Assembly: GCA_951406725.2 (NCBI GenBank) | Contig: OX597822.1 | Coordinates: 75,826,001 to 75,890,000, forward strand | DNA: 64,000 nt | Reading direction: 5' to 3' | Source of the DNA: Octopus vulgaris | Taxonomy: Eukaryota | Part shown: piece after piece, positions 50,789 to 64,000 of the stretch | Layout of the letters: the number at the start of each line of letters is the position of its first letter | Position numbering within the stretch: position 1 is the stretch's first letter | The notes under the pieces: model-generated | The model's database searches: none | Seen by the model: only the letters and a program-made list of their open reading frames with translations | Told to the model about the DNA's origin: nothing | Position numbers and translations under genes: made by a program

Positions 50789-51590
50789 TATTCAATAATC
50801 TGCTTTATTATATTTTCATTTTCTTTATTAATATCATTTCACAAATTGTGAGTTAATGACAATCTCGTCCGTCACACGTTAAGGTAAATATATTATCCAG
50901 ACAAACGTGCAGGTCATAACCTGGAGCACAAAGCAGCGCTTCAATGAACAGACACCAGATTTATTGACCTTTGCATACTCGTGTGTTTTGCTGATATGAT
51001 ACTTCTAAAAGTAAATATATTATTGCTTAAATTGACAAAATTCCATTAAGTCACGCGTCGTGATACCCGCCCATGCTGAGAGCATATAAATCTTTGTTTT
51101 TCATTCATGCAACAAAATCTGGTCTTTACGCAACGGCACAATTTATATTAAAAACAATACCGACGCATTTAATGCAGCGAATGATTATTGACGTTCGTTT
51201 GTGTGGATAGTGGAAGGATTACATTGTGGATTTATTGTGTCAAAGGCTTAAATAATCCGCAAATATTCTTCGGTTCGCTCTTATTCATTGTGTAATTGGG
51301 CGACCAGATATAAGGAATGTAAAAAGTCCCTCACATTCAGCTAAGAAATCAATGCCACCATTGCACTTCGATGCATGGAGAAAATACGACGAGTTTTGTG
51401 ATATATGTGTAGAGTACAGTAGAGTATAGCAGAATATCAAGTTTCCGAGTAAGATTAAGAAATAAACGAAAGTGAAAATGTCAGCTATTTTATGATGTGG
51501 AAATGGATAAACAATACCTATCAACATTCAAACATACATACATACAAACATACGTACGTACATACATACATACATACATACATACATACA

Positions 51591-51627
<37 letters not shown>

Positions 51628-52317
51628 ATATATACATATGCATATGTATTCATGTATGTATAAATATGCATGTATATTTACACGCACGCACACAGACATA
51701 TATATGTATGTATACGTGAACATGTATATGCATGCATATATGTATGCATGTGTGTATAAGACTTTCTATCGTAATTATATTTAAATATATGTGCATGTAT
51801 ATATACGTATATATATATATATCTATATACGCATAAATATACATGCATATATATATATGTATACGTAAATATATACATATATATGCATATATATGTGTGT
51901 ATGTGTACTATATATATGTATACATGTACGTACGAGTACATATGTGTGTATGTATACTAATATACATAGACATACACCATTCATATATATATATATATAT
52001 ATATATATACATTGTAAAACGCGATCGGAAGGAAGATAGTAAGAGATTGAGAGAAAATAATTTATTGGTCGTCGAAATACTTACAATTTGTTAATTAGTG
52101 GTGATAATTTTTGCCGTTGCTCATCATAGATTTGATAATGTTGACTTTCTTTAGTTATATAATGTTTTAATTTTTTCTTTATATAGACGTAAATCTATAG
52201 AGATCTAGCCTTTTTAGTAAAATTCTGTAATTCATTTTCAACAAGATGAAAGACATTCTTTCAAAAGTTTAGTTTCTCGTAGATCAGTGCGATCTACGGT
52301 CTGTCTGTCTGTTTATG

Positions 52318-52374
<57 letters not shown>

Positions 52375-52639
52375 TCCGTTTTTTTTTTTTTGTCTTTGTT
52401 GCCGTACACTTTCGCTCGCTTTCTTACAAAGGGGTCTAATTCTCTTAGATTAGACATTTTTGAGGGCAACCAGATTGAACCATCTCAAGTGTAACTGCCC
52501 GAAATGGTCGTGATTTCTAGGAGTTGACTGAAAAAGAAAACCAAGAATCAACTATCTTTTTTTTTTACCTGTCCTTCTAATTATGTCCAAGCGTTTTAAT
52601 GCCCAATACTGCGTTTTTGTTCCATATATACATACATAC

Positions 52640-52743
<104 letters not shown>

Positions 52744-52769
52744 TATGTATGTATGTATGTATGTAAGAA

Positions 52770-53170
52770 CGACGTCCACATAACCCAAAAAAGAGGTATA
52801 AGGACTTGCTAAAGGCATCCTTAAGAGATGCTTGCATCTCTCCTGACACATGGGAAGGCATAGCTATTGATCGTAGCAGGTGGAGAAGGATTGTGCACGA
52901 GGGGACAGCCACTTTTGAGAAATCTCGAGTTGCACATGAGAAAGTAAGGAGGAATGTCAGGAAGGGCATCGCTGTTACACTTCCAGATGGGAAGGGTCTT
53001 CCTTTGATGCTGACATGCAATGTCAGTGCAAGACCCTGCCTCAGTAAAGCTGGACTCAAGAGTCATCTTCGCAGTCATAAAGCGAGACTGATGAGTGACA
53101 ACCTGGCCACTGGTGGTGGTATAACACACCATACTAATCATATCTGTCGGGCATGTGGGAGAGAGTGAAA
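52770..53170 (+). mobile_element. RTE-clade LINE 3' fragment
   Basis: PKKRYKDLLKASLRDACISPDTWEGIAIDRSRWRRIVHEG..FE and C2H2-like TCNVSARPCLSKAGLKSHLRSH. Confidence 0.85.
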
Positions 53171-53223
53171 TTCGGCAGGAGGACTTAATCGACATGCAAA
53201 GGTACATGAAGCCCAGTTTGCAT

Positions 53224-53280
<57 letters not shown>

Positions 53281-53321
53281 GTATATATATATATATGTAT
53301 GTATATATATATATATATGTA

Positions 53322-53376
<55 letters not shown>

Positions 53377-53473
53377 ATAAAACTTATAAAACTTATGTTT
53401 CGACCAAAGACTGGTCGAGGCCATGTCTAACTTAATAGCACCACCTGATAGGATTATCTGAATCCTGTTTAAG

Positions 53474-54190
53474 TCAAGTTTTGTTTATGGTCCATTCAAG
53501 TATTGAGTTTTTGTTGGTTGAGTTGTATCCAATTATGGGTGGCTTATCTGGTATTCCTTGAAGGAATCTATCCAGACTCCGTTTAAAGTTAATGGGATCC
53601 TTTTCCTCTTTGCTCTCTTTCGGGACAATGTTAAATAGGGCAGGGCCTGTTGAGGAAAGTAAATTATGTTGCAGTGGACATGTATGCTGTGATCTTGAAT
53701 TGGGTAGGGGACGTGTGGCCCGTGGTCTCAGTCTTGGATGAACCTTGAAGCTAATGTTCAGGTCGTTTGGGCAAAGTTGGCGGTATATTCTCCACATCGT
53801 ACAAATGATGTACCGCTCATGGCGACGCTGGAGAGAGTAGAGTTTGAAGGCTTTAAGGCGGTCCCAATAATCGAGAGCAGCCACGCCTTCAATTTGTTTA
53901 GTGAGAGCCCTCTGGGGTGATTCAATCCTCGAGATGTTTTGTCTTGTATGGGGAGACCACAGTGGGCAGCAGTATTCGAGGTGTGGCCACAAAGGAGGAG
54001 AAAAGTGGTACGATGACACCTTGTTCTCTGGACCGGAAAGTTCTTAAGATCCAGGAACTCAAACTACGAGCTATATCGACATTATTGTTGATGTGTGCAC
54101 TCCAACTGAGATCGTCATCAACAATTACACTCAGATCTCTGATATTGTTAGAGGCTGTGAGCGGTTCCCCTGAAGGAAGAGAGTATGGCT
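53474..54190 (-). mobile_element. CR1-clade LINE 3' fragment
   Basis: [26 protein letters not shown]; [44 protein letters not shown]; one frameshift. Confidence 0.9.
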
Positions 54191-54239
54191 GAATATATGT
54201 ATGTATATATATATATATATGTATGAATATATATATATG

Positions 54240-54277
<38 letters not shown>

Positions 54278-54555
54278 TATGCATATATATATGTATGTAT
54301 ATGTATATATATATATGTATATATATAATATAGATATATAATATGTATATATAATGTATATATAATATATATATATATAATATGTATATATATATTATAT
54401 ATATCTAATGTGTATATATATAATATGTATATATATAATATATATATGTATATATATAATATATATATATATAATATGTATATATATATATGTATATAAT
54501 ATGTATATATGTAATATGTATATATATATATACATATAATATATGCATACGTATC

Positions 54556-54585
<30 letters not shown>

Positions 54586-54587
<2 letters not shown>

Positions 54588-54899
54588 GAGGTGCAATGGC
54601 CCAGTGGTTAGGGCAGCGGACACGCGGTCGTAGGATCGCGGTTTCGATTCCCAGACCGGGTGCTGTGTCTTATTTCTTTACAGTCCACAAGCGGCTACAC
54701 TCAGAGTGGACAAACAAGGACAGATAAATGGATTAAGTCAATTATATCGACCCAGTGCGTAACTGGTACTTAAATTATCGACCCCGAGGATAAAAGGCTA
54801 AGTCGACCTCGGCGGAATTTGAACTCAGAACGTAATGGCAGACGAAATAACATTAAGCATTCGCCCGGCATGATAACGTATCTGCCAGCTCATCGCCTT
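54586..54899. mobile_element. SINE-C head (+, 54586-54668) abutting a SINE-B (-, 54672-54899)
   Basis: TGGCCCAGTGGTTAGGG..GGTTTCGATTCCC followed by the reverse complement of family B. Confidence 0.8.
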
Positions 54900-55429
54900 C
54901 TGTCTGGTACAATATTGAAACAAGATGAATCACACATCAGCTCACACACAAGCTCACGCAGACACACACACACACACACACACATACACACGCTCATGTG
55001 TGTGTGAGTGCGCGCGCGTACTAACACCCTTTTAATGATAGTACTGCAGGCATTCTGGAGCACCGCCTTAATGTATTTTCAATTAGGTTTTGTTGTTGCT
55101 TCTTGACTGGAAGGTGTTCTATGATTTGAGTTTTCTAGCAGCTGTTCTCTGAATGCATCGTCCTTGAATGGTTGACTTCTAAGGTATCGTTAAGAGTTCA
55201 TCTAATGAGTTTTGGGAGGGTTTTTTTAATGTTTCAGTAGAAGTCTCTTTCATATTTCTTTTAATTTAGATGGGTAGTTGAACATTTGAGGGAATACTAA
55301 ATATCAGATTGTTACAATAGAGTATTTTAGCCCATGATTTCGAATGTAGTATATTTTCAAGCTTAGAATATATAAATGTTCGTGCATTAAAACTCCCTCC
55401 AGTGCCGAAGTTTGGAACATGTCCCTCCA

Positions 55430-55722
55430 CAGTTCTATATTTAAGAGATGAGGAATTATATACATTATTTACATTCGATGGATATTTGTCCTCATCTTGT
55501 TTGTTGTTAACACAAAGTTTCGGCTGATATACCCTCCAGCTTTCTTCAGGTGTCTTGGGGGAAATTTCGAACCTGTGTTCTCATTCCTAAGGTATTTTTC
55601 GATGTTATTATTATTATTATTATTATTATTGTTGTTGTTGTTGTTCAGGTCACTGCTTGGAATCGAACTTCGAATCTTGGGGTTAGTAGCCCGCGCTCTT
55701 AACCACTACGTCATATGTCCCC
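55430..55722 (-). mobile_element. tRNA-headed SINE-like element carrying a hammerhead ribozyme (copy 2; HHR 55509-55554)
   Basis: Minus strand TGACGTAGTGGTTAAGAGCG..AAGTTCGATTCC..(AAC/AAT)n..GACAC-CTGAAGA-A-AGCTG..CAGCC-GAAACTT-T-GTGTT; colinear with 7121-7385. Confidence 0.8.
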
Positions 55723-55939
55723 CAAAAATTTTCCATATTAATGTGATAGTATACATTTCTCTTTGGTGTCAAGAGTCTCAGCGCTTTCAGACATTCTCGG
55801 TAAATAAGACTTTTAACTGAAGGTATTTTACCAGTGAACATTCCTTGTAACCCTTCAATTTCTTCTATGAGATGGGATGAGTTAGAAGATTAAAATTGTA
55901 AGCAGTAATATAAACTGCTCAGAACTAGGGTTTTCCCTA

Positions 55940-56120
55940 AAAATAAAACTAACTACCGGTTCCCTTGTCATGAATGTTCGTAGGATGCAGCCTATGAGTT
56001 TGCTGTATTTAAAGGTTAGTTTGATAATATGGCTGATCGAAAATGCATCATTTGACATGATTACACCTAAGTCCTGTATGTCATTAGTGCTCTGAATCAT
56101 TATGTTACCTTGTGTCAAAT
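55940..56120 (-). mobile_element. Decayed CR1-clade fragment
   Basis: NDIQDLGVIMSND..HI..IGCILRTFMTRE. Confidence 0.6.
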
Positions 56121-57882
56121 ATTGCGATTTGGGTGAATTCGTTTGTAATGAAGAAGCTGACATTTTGATGTACTAATTTTCGTATTTTTTCTAGTTTAGC
56201 TCCTAGCCATCGATATTCTTGTGTAATTCATTCCCTGATGTATACGACGTATTACAGGTAACTTAGATAGAAAACCATTTGCAGTAATAGGTTGACTCCT
56301 ACTGTATACGGAGTTAAAGGTTTGCAATCATTTATAGTTAAATGTTTCCTTTCAAAATCTTTTTTTTTTATCAAACTGGACTAGTATTTCGAATGAGCAA
56401 TAAGTATCAAAGCATTTAACAATGAGCATTAAATATCAAAGATAAAAATAAATCATTTTGTTCCCTTGTCAAACTTTGGACCTAACAACCTAAATGAGAA
56501 AACCGATATGACTGAAATAATTTTTAAAGGTCTTTTATTTTTAGACTGAGGTCAAACAGTCGAATCCACTCAACCATGTCGTCAGTCTTTAGCAATATCA
56601 ACTACAAAGAGCTTGAGAGAGATGACATGACTGAGAGAACAAGAACCATCACACAATTTCAGCATTGCAAGATTTTGGAGTTAGTTTTGTCAGAATAGAG
56701 CTGTTTTAAAGAATCCAAGTAATGCTATGTATTGAAGAGTAGCCGTAGATGCTGGTCATGTTGTTGTTCTTGTTGTTTACTGCTACTGTTGTTGTTGTCA
56801 CATACTTTTTTATTTTGATGCTACTTTGCTTCAGAAGTTGGTTAGTCATAAATTCCCTTGGGAATTTTAAGCCCAGCTTCATCACTTTTATTTATATATT
56901 TTTGTTCTTTGTTTTTGCTTTGAAACGAAATCTAGCTCCAAGCACCACATACAGATATTGTTTTAGACACTATTTTCTGAAAATTATGTTGGGGGTGCAA
57001 ATTTTGATCTTGCACCACCTGAAAATTCCAAGGGGCACAGATGCACCCGCTGCACCCCCTGTTCCCGGGCCCTTGTATATGAGTGTGTGTGTGTGTGTGT
57101 TCTGTGTATCTAGTATCTATACATCTATCTAAAACACGTACATATAATTTCACACACACTCATATATATATATACACATACATACATATGCTTGATGAGA
57201 TCAATATGATCGACTGAAGACCTTACAGTCGGTGTCCCAGCGTATCCACTATCCAATGGATCAAAGCAGGAAAAAATATTTACTAAGAGAAAATATCAAT
57301 ATATATGCACAGATGCATACATACATACATACATACATACATAAATATATACATAAATATATACATACATACTTACATATATACATAGATGCATACAATG
57401 CCGAGAGAAATTTAAGCGTGTAAACGTGTGTTGTGTTGTGCGTGTGTATACACCTCTGTGTCTGAATCTGTGCTTATTCATAAACATGCAGGCTTCTGAA
57501 AAAAAAAATGGTATATAATTAAGGGCCATTTTGATTGAGCTTGAGATAGGGAATATGCTTCATGTAAGATTCTTTTAAAAATTGCCTTTAAAAAAAAATG
57601 TAGGGAAATCCAGAGAAAAACTAATACGAAATCAAACACGCAAGTATGTATATTATTGTGAAATACTATCACAATGATATGCAAAAAAAAAAAAAACACA
57701 AATGCTCCAGTATGTGTATATGCTTATATTTATATGCGTGTATCTATGATTTACACACATATATTTACACACATTCAAATATATATGCATTTATGATACA
57801 TATATACATATATATTTTTCTCTCTGTCTTTAACTCTCTCTTTCTCTATTCATACACATATACGCACATATATTTATACACA

Positions 57883-57935
<53 letters not shown>

Positions 57936-57954
57936 GTATGTGTATATATATATA

Positions 57955-58014
<60 letters not shown>

Positions 58015-58370
58015 CATATATATACATATATATACATATATAAACGCAAATATTTCCCCACACACATATGTGCATTTATGATGTACGTATATACAGATGT
58101 GCGTGTCTAAATACATATATTATGTACTTATGTACGCATGTATATATCGATAGATTGAGCGACATATACACTCATTTATTTACACATATGTACAATGCAT
58201 TATATATATATATTTATATATACATATGAACATTCATACATATTTATATAGATATACATGTGCATATATATATACATACATGCATGCATACATACACACA
58301 TACATACATACATACATACATACATACATACATACACACACACACATACATACATACATACATACATACA

Positions 58371-58404
<34 letters not shown>

Positions 58405-58921
58405 CATGCATGCATACATACACACATAAACACTCCCACACACCTAAGCATGCATACATCAATATACATGTATTAGAAAATTGCATTAATGGACAAGATT
58501 CTAAAGAATTCCTGTTCAATAGAGAATCGATCTGATCGGAAATCAGACAAGAAAGAAAAGGAGCACCGTTAAGGACGCCATCCTATGGATATTTAGCCAA
58601 GACCGTCTTACTACTCAGCGGATTCTATGTTCCTCTAGAATTTAGATAAATCTAATCTACATTCTGTAGAGTTCTGTTCGTGAAAAGGAACGAATTCTGG
58701 CGCTGATCTTTCTCATACAATTCACTTGAGGCACTACATTAGGCCGTTGCGTTATCGAAAAATAAAAATAAAAACCCTGTTTTCTAAATTGAAAATAGAA
58801 ACGGACACTGCTTAATCTTTTTCTTGCGAACCTTGACCTATCAACAGAAAATATTTTATCCAGATCTCCAGTCTTGTTTCTATTTATCTGTGCACACATG
58901 CACACACACTCACCCACACTC

Positions 58922-59037
<116 letters not shown>

Positions 59038-59138
59038 TGTGTACACACACATACATATACATATGTATATATATTTATATACCTATTTACCTTTTATCTC
59101 TCTCTATATATATATATGTATGTATATATGTATGTATG

Positions 59139-59182
<44 letters not shown>

Positions 59183-59206
59183 AGGGATAGGTAGATAGAC
59201 AGATAC

Positions 59207-59283
<77 letters not shown>

Positions 59284-59503
59284 CATCTATAGATATGTAT
59301 GTAGGTATATCATCATAATTATTGTTTTCGGTAGTTTCATGAGAATTTCTGCATCATCACGGGGTGTATCAATGTGCTCCTGAGGCTTGTGCAGTATTAT
59401 ATGAATATACATACATGCACACACATGTACATTCATACACACACATGTTGCAGTAAAATACAACTGTAACAACCGCATGCATATATATTAAAAGCATACA
59501 TAG

Positions 59504-59556
<53 letters not shown>

Positions 59557-59584
59557 AGCAAACATACATATATATAAAGATACA

Positions 59585-59648
<64 letters not shown>

Positions 59649-60088
59649 CAAACATACATATATATATATATAGGTACATGCCAGACAAAAATACACATAC
59701 GCACGCGTATAGCGCAAGCACTAACGCACACGTATTCGCACGTACACACACTCATACAAACGATAACACACTCATATTCACGCACACATACACCCGGTAT
59801 AGACATACACATATTCTCACTTTGTCTTTCCATCTTTCTTTCTTCCCCCTCTCTCGTTCTCTCTCCCTCCCTCTTTCTATCCCCGTCCAGCACTTTTCCG
59901 ATGCAACTGGTGTCGCTGAAATACCAATCTCACCATGTGACTCGCCTTGACCAACAGCAGCCAATGTTTTCGAGCTACCATTGGCTTCCTGCAGTTTCTC
60001 CATTCCGTAATCTGAGCCTGAACCAGCCAGGTTTCTTTTAGAAGCACTCGAAACTTTAAGTCGCATGGAGCCGAATCAAACCGTTTTA

Positions 60089-60730
<642 letters not shown>

Positions 60731-61979
60731 CACCAGCAGACTTCGTCAATAGCATGCACTTGCTGCTAAATGTAAGGGAAAAGAAATCCGTCGCCTCTAT
60801 ATAAGAAAGAAATGTCTGAACAATCGCTGACGATATACATATGGCTGTGTTAATCTAGCACTACTTTTGTTACTTCTAACAGATTTTTTTTTATTCAGCC
60901 GAGTGTCTAATTAAAACTACTGTGACTTGTCGGACTGTCCAAAAAAAAAAAAAAAATAGCAGTCCGAAACATCGAATCCATTGATGGGCTCTTCCTTGTA
61001 AAATCTAATAATCGTATATTCTACCAAAAGATATTGAGCAATTTTTCAGCTAAATGCTAGTGGCTTTTATTTAATTGGTATAAACACAAACGCACAAGCA
61101 CACACAAACACTCGCACAAACACTGAAGCACGGACACATACATGCGCACGCATGCGCGCACACAAACACACACACACACACACACACACAAACATACAAA
61201 TAAGCACACATACACTCAAACTGATCGCCCAATGCACAGAGCAGAAGAGGACTTGTAGCTGACACTTCACATATCGCGGTTTATTAATTAAGCTTACTTA
61301 ATTTCCTCCGAGGTGTTGATTTATATTTATAATAAAATAAATATGTACAAATTATAAAAGTGATAAATATATATATACAGTACAGTAATCTTTCTATTTC
61401 GCGGATTTCCATCTGTCGCGGGTGTTTTGGAACGTGACATTCCTAAATATCACTCCACCCCACTCCTCACACATATTCATTCTTTACATTCTTATTCCTC
61501 CCTATCCCTCCCCTATTCCTCTCCCACCCTCCTCATAATATCTTGACCCCAACTAACACTGCTTTTTTCCTTTTCTCTTCCTCTTTCATTCTTTCTTCTT
61601 TCCTCATCTATTCCTTTTTACTGTTCTCCTTATCTTAACATACACATCTTTTCTCTCCTCTCTATCCACTTAATACTACCACTACATTCTCAAATTTTCA
61701 TTCACACCACAAGACCCCTTTGAATGAACAGCACATGGAATCTACGCATTCTACACTTATGACAAAATATGAACTCCTATTGGAATTTACATACCATGGA
61801 CAAGAAGCATTTCTACCACTTCTACACTTGTGATGGAACTGCAACTATAACATCCTACATATAATTTTATTTTTACTTTCATTCTCTTATTTCCCTTTAT
61901 ACTTCTTATTTCCATCCTTTTCCAAAATAACTTCTTATACTGAACTCTACTATTTCACCCTATTTAACAATCTCAAATT

Positions 61980-62027
61980 GTCTCTGATGACGGCATATCC
62001 CTAATAACTCAGAAACAGCTGTAAGAC
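61980..62027 (+). ncRNA. Type I hammerhead motif with 8-nt palindromic stem III (probable PLE pseudo-LTR remnant)
   Basis: GTCT-CTGATGA-(21 nt, poorly paired stem II)-GAAACAGCTGT-A-AGAC; canonical core, stem I GTCT/AGAC. Confidence 0.65.
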
Positions 62028-62096
62028 TAAATTTTTCTTTATAAATGTCCTGAAAATTCCATACATCCTTGGCTTTGTTGTCTCATTATATTTAAT

Positions 62097-62191
<95 letters not shown>

Positions 62192-62770
62192 TGGATAGAT
62201 AGATATACATGTGCGAGTGTGTGTGTGTGTATGTGTGTGATTGGGTGTGTGTACGCATGTATATGTATGTGTGCGTGTGTGTTTGTGTGTGTATGTTTGC
62301 GTGCAGGTGGTTAGTGTTATGTTTTTCTGTGTCAGACTCTAAATGATCTTGGTACGCGGTGTGTAGTTTATGTAGCTTCAATGGTTTGCAGCTGAGAAAA
62401 ATTCAGGTTGGGGGAATATTTTTTGATAAAATATTTTCGGATATTGGTTATGTAGGAACGTCTGTAATGTCATTTTGATTTGTTGCTCGACCAAGTCACA
62501 ATGCAACAGCAATAAATAGTGTAACATCTCACAGAAAAGCTAAAAATAGAGCTTCCAAATTTTTTGCCAAAAGAATACGTAGAATGAGTCTGCAGTCTAT
62601 CTAAAGAAGGTTGTGCTTTCCAAAACCCGGACATGCATACTGCAGAACCTCGGTTTTCGAACGCCTCTGATCACGAATCAATCGTGCTTTATACATATCT
62701 TTATTTCTCTCTCTCTCTCTCCCTCCCTCTCTCTCTCTCTCTACACACACACACATATATATATATATAC

Positions 62771-62841
<71 letters not shown>

Positions 62842-62847
<6 letters not shown>

Positions 62848-63051
62848 ATCCAAACATGAAAGCACAAAAAAAACACATCAACGCGAGGACGTGGAACAAA
62901 TATAGTATTATTGGACGCTCAGGAAAGAAGGAAAGAAGGAGGGTTTAACGTTTCGAGCGGAGCTCTTCCTCGGAAACATAGGAGAAGGAAAGATCCAGAG
63001 AAGGGAAGACAGAGGAAAAAATCGCCAACGGTACACACGCGGTCACATGTT
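62842..63051 (-). mobile_element. Solo PLE-type pseudo-LTR (family B) with HHR at 62943-62977
   Basis: Minus strand GTTT-CCGAGGA-A-GAGC(TCC)GCTC-GAAACGT-T-AAAC; same termini as the 19611-19824 copy; 3' end abuts (TA)n. Confidence 0.8.
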
Positions 63052-63480
63052 TCTCACATATTTCAACTGCTAAAGGCAAATACACTGAAGTTACCGTGGC
63101 GAAAAAAAAATTCTCTCTTATGGTAAAAGGGTGTGAAAACAACCCGTTCTTTCAGTGTCGCCCTCTCTCGGGAAACTGAGACATCGTTGTTTCGAGTCTC
63201 TTGATTCGATCAGGCGATCTACTAGCGCAAATCAGTCAATGTGTTGGCTGATATTATATACAAAGCTATAAGCTTTGTCAGTTCGTTCAGGGTTGTCCCT
63301 CTCAGGTACATCTGATCGACAAGAGTCAACAAACTCGAAACATCGATGTCTCAGATTCCTGAAAAAGGGCGACATTGAACGATCGGGGTATTTTCACACC
63401 CTTTTACCATAAGAGAGAATTTATTCTTCACAGTAACTGCAGTGTGTTTGCGTTTAGCAGTTGAAATATGTGACAAACAT
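63047..63480. repeat. Fold-back element with ~165 bp imperfect inverted arms and a structured core
   Basis: ATGTTTCTCACATATTTCAACTGCTAAA..ATTCTCTCTTATGGTAAAAGGGTGTGAAAA..CTGAGACATCG pairs with the reverse complement at the right end. Confidence 0.85.
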
Positions 63481-63598
63481 ATTTCAACTAACCTAAATTG
63501 AGATTGTACGTAAACACTTCTTAGTGCATTTACTCCGATATATATATATATATGTATACACGCACACACAAACACACATACATACATACATACATACA

Positions 63599-63634
<36 letters not shown>

Positions 63635-63654
63635 CATACATACCTATATATATA

Positions 63655-63872
63655 CTCTTTACTCTTTTACTCTTTTATTTGTTTCAGTCATTTGACTGCG
63701 GCCATGCTAGAGCATTGCCTTTAGTCGAGCAAATCGACCCCGGGACTTATTCTTTGTAAGCCCAGTACTTATTCTATCGGTCTCTTTTGCCGAACCGCAT
63801 AGTGTCGGGGACGTAAACACACCAGCATCGGTTGTCAAGCAATGCTAGGGGGACAAACACAGACAAACATAT

Positions 63873-63903
<31 letters not shown>

Positions 63904-64000
63904 TATACGACAGGCTTCTTTCAGTTTCCGTCTACCAAATCCACTCACAAGGCTTTGGTCGGCCCGGGGCTATAGCAGAAGACACTTGCTCAAGATGCCA
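63655..64000 (-). mobile_element. SINE family A (runs off the window)
   Basis: Reverse complement of the family A body and tail. Confidence 0.9.

Overview
AT-rich, microsatellite-saturated animal DNA ((TA)n, (CA)n, (TACA)n, (GATA)n, (AAT)n). The SINE repertoire and repeat landscape suggest an Octopus/cephalopod genome (inference). Most ORFs in the track are microsatellite artefacts and no multi-exon host gene can be assembled; there are only two weak candidate exons. The window is a retroelement graveyard containing: (i) one young, 5'-truncated Penelope-like element (PLE, Neptune-type: RT + Cys linker + GIY-YIG, 1547-4733) whose 3' pseudo-LTR carries a minimal hammerhead ribozyme (HHR); (ii) several solo pseudo-LTRs and decayed PLE fragments; (iii) CR1, RTE, L1/Tx1-like and RLE-type (R4-like) LINE fragments; (iv) DD41D and mariner deletion derivatives plus hAT- and piggyBac-like MITEs; (v) four tRNA-type SINE families. 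Most notable are eight HHR motifs in four sequence families, seven of them sharing an extra A after A9 and a (consensus) ACGT stem III that can only pair as a dimer. Two of these belong to a repeated element in which a tRNA-derived Pol III head is fused to a hammerhead (7121-7385 and 55430-55722), a candidate ribozyme-bearing, PLE-mobilised SINE. Different retroelement classes sit in different microsatellites, and there are several long fold-back hairpins.
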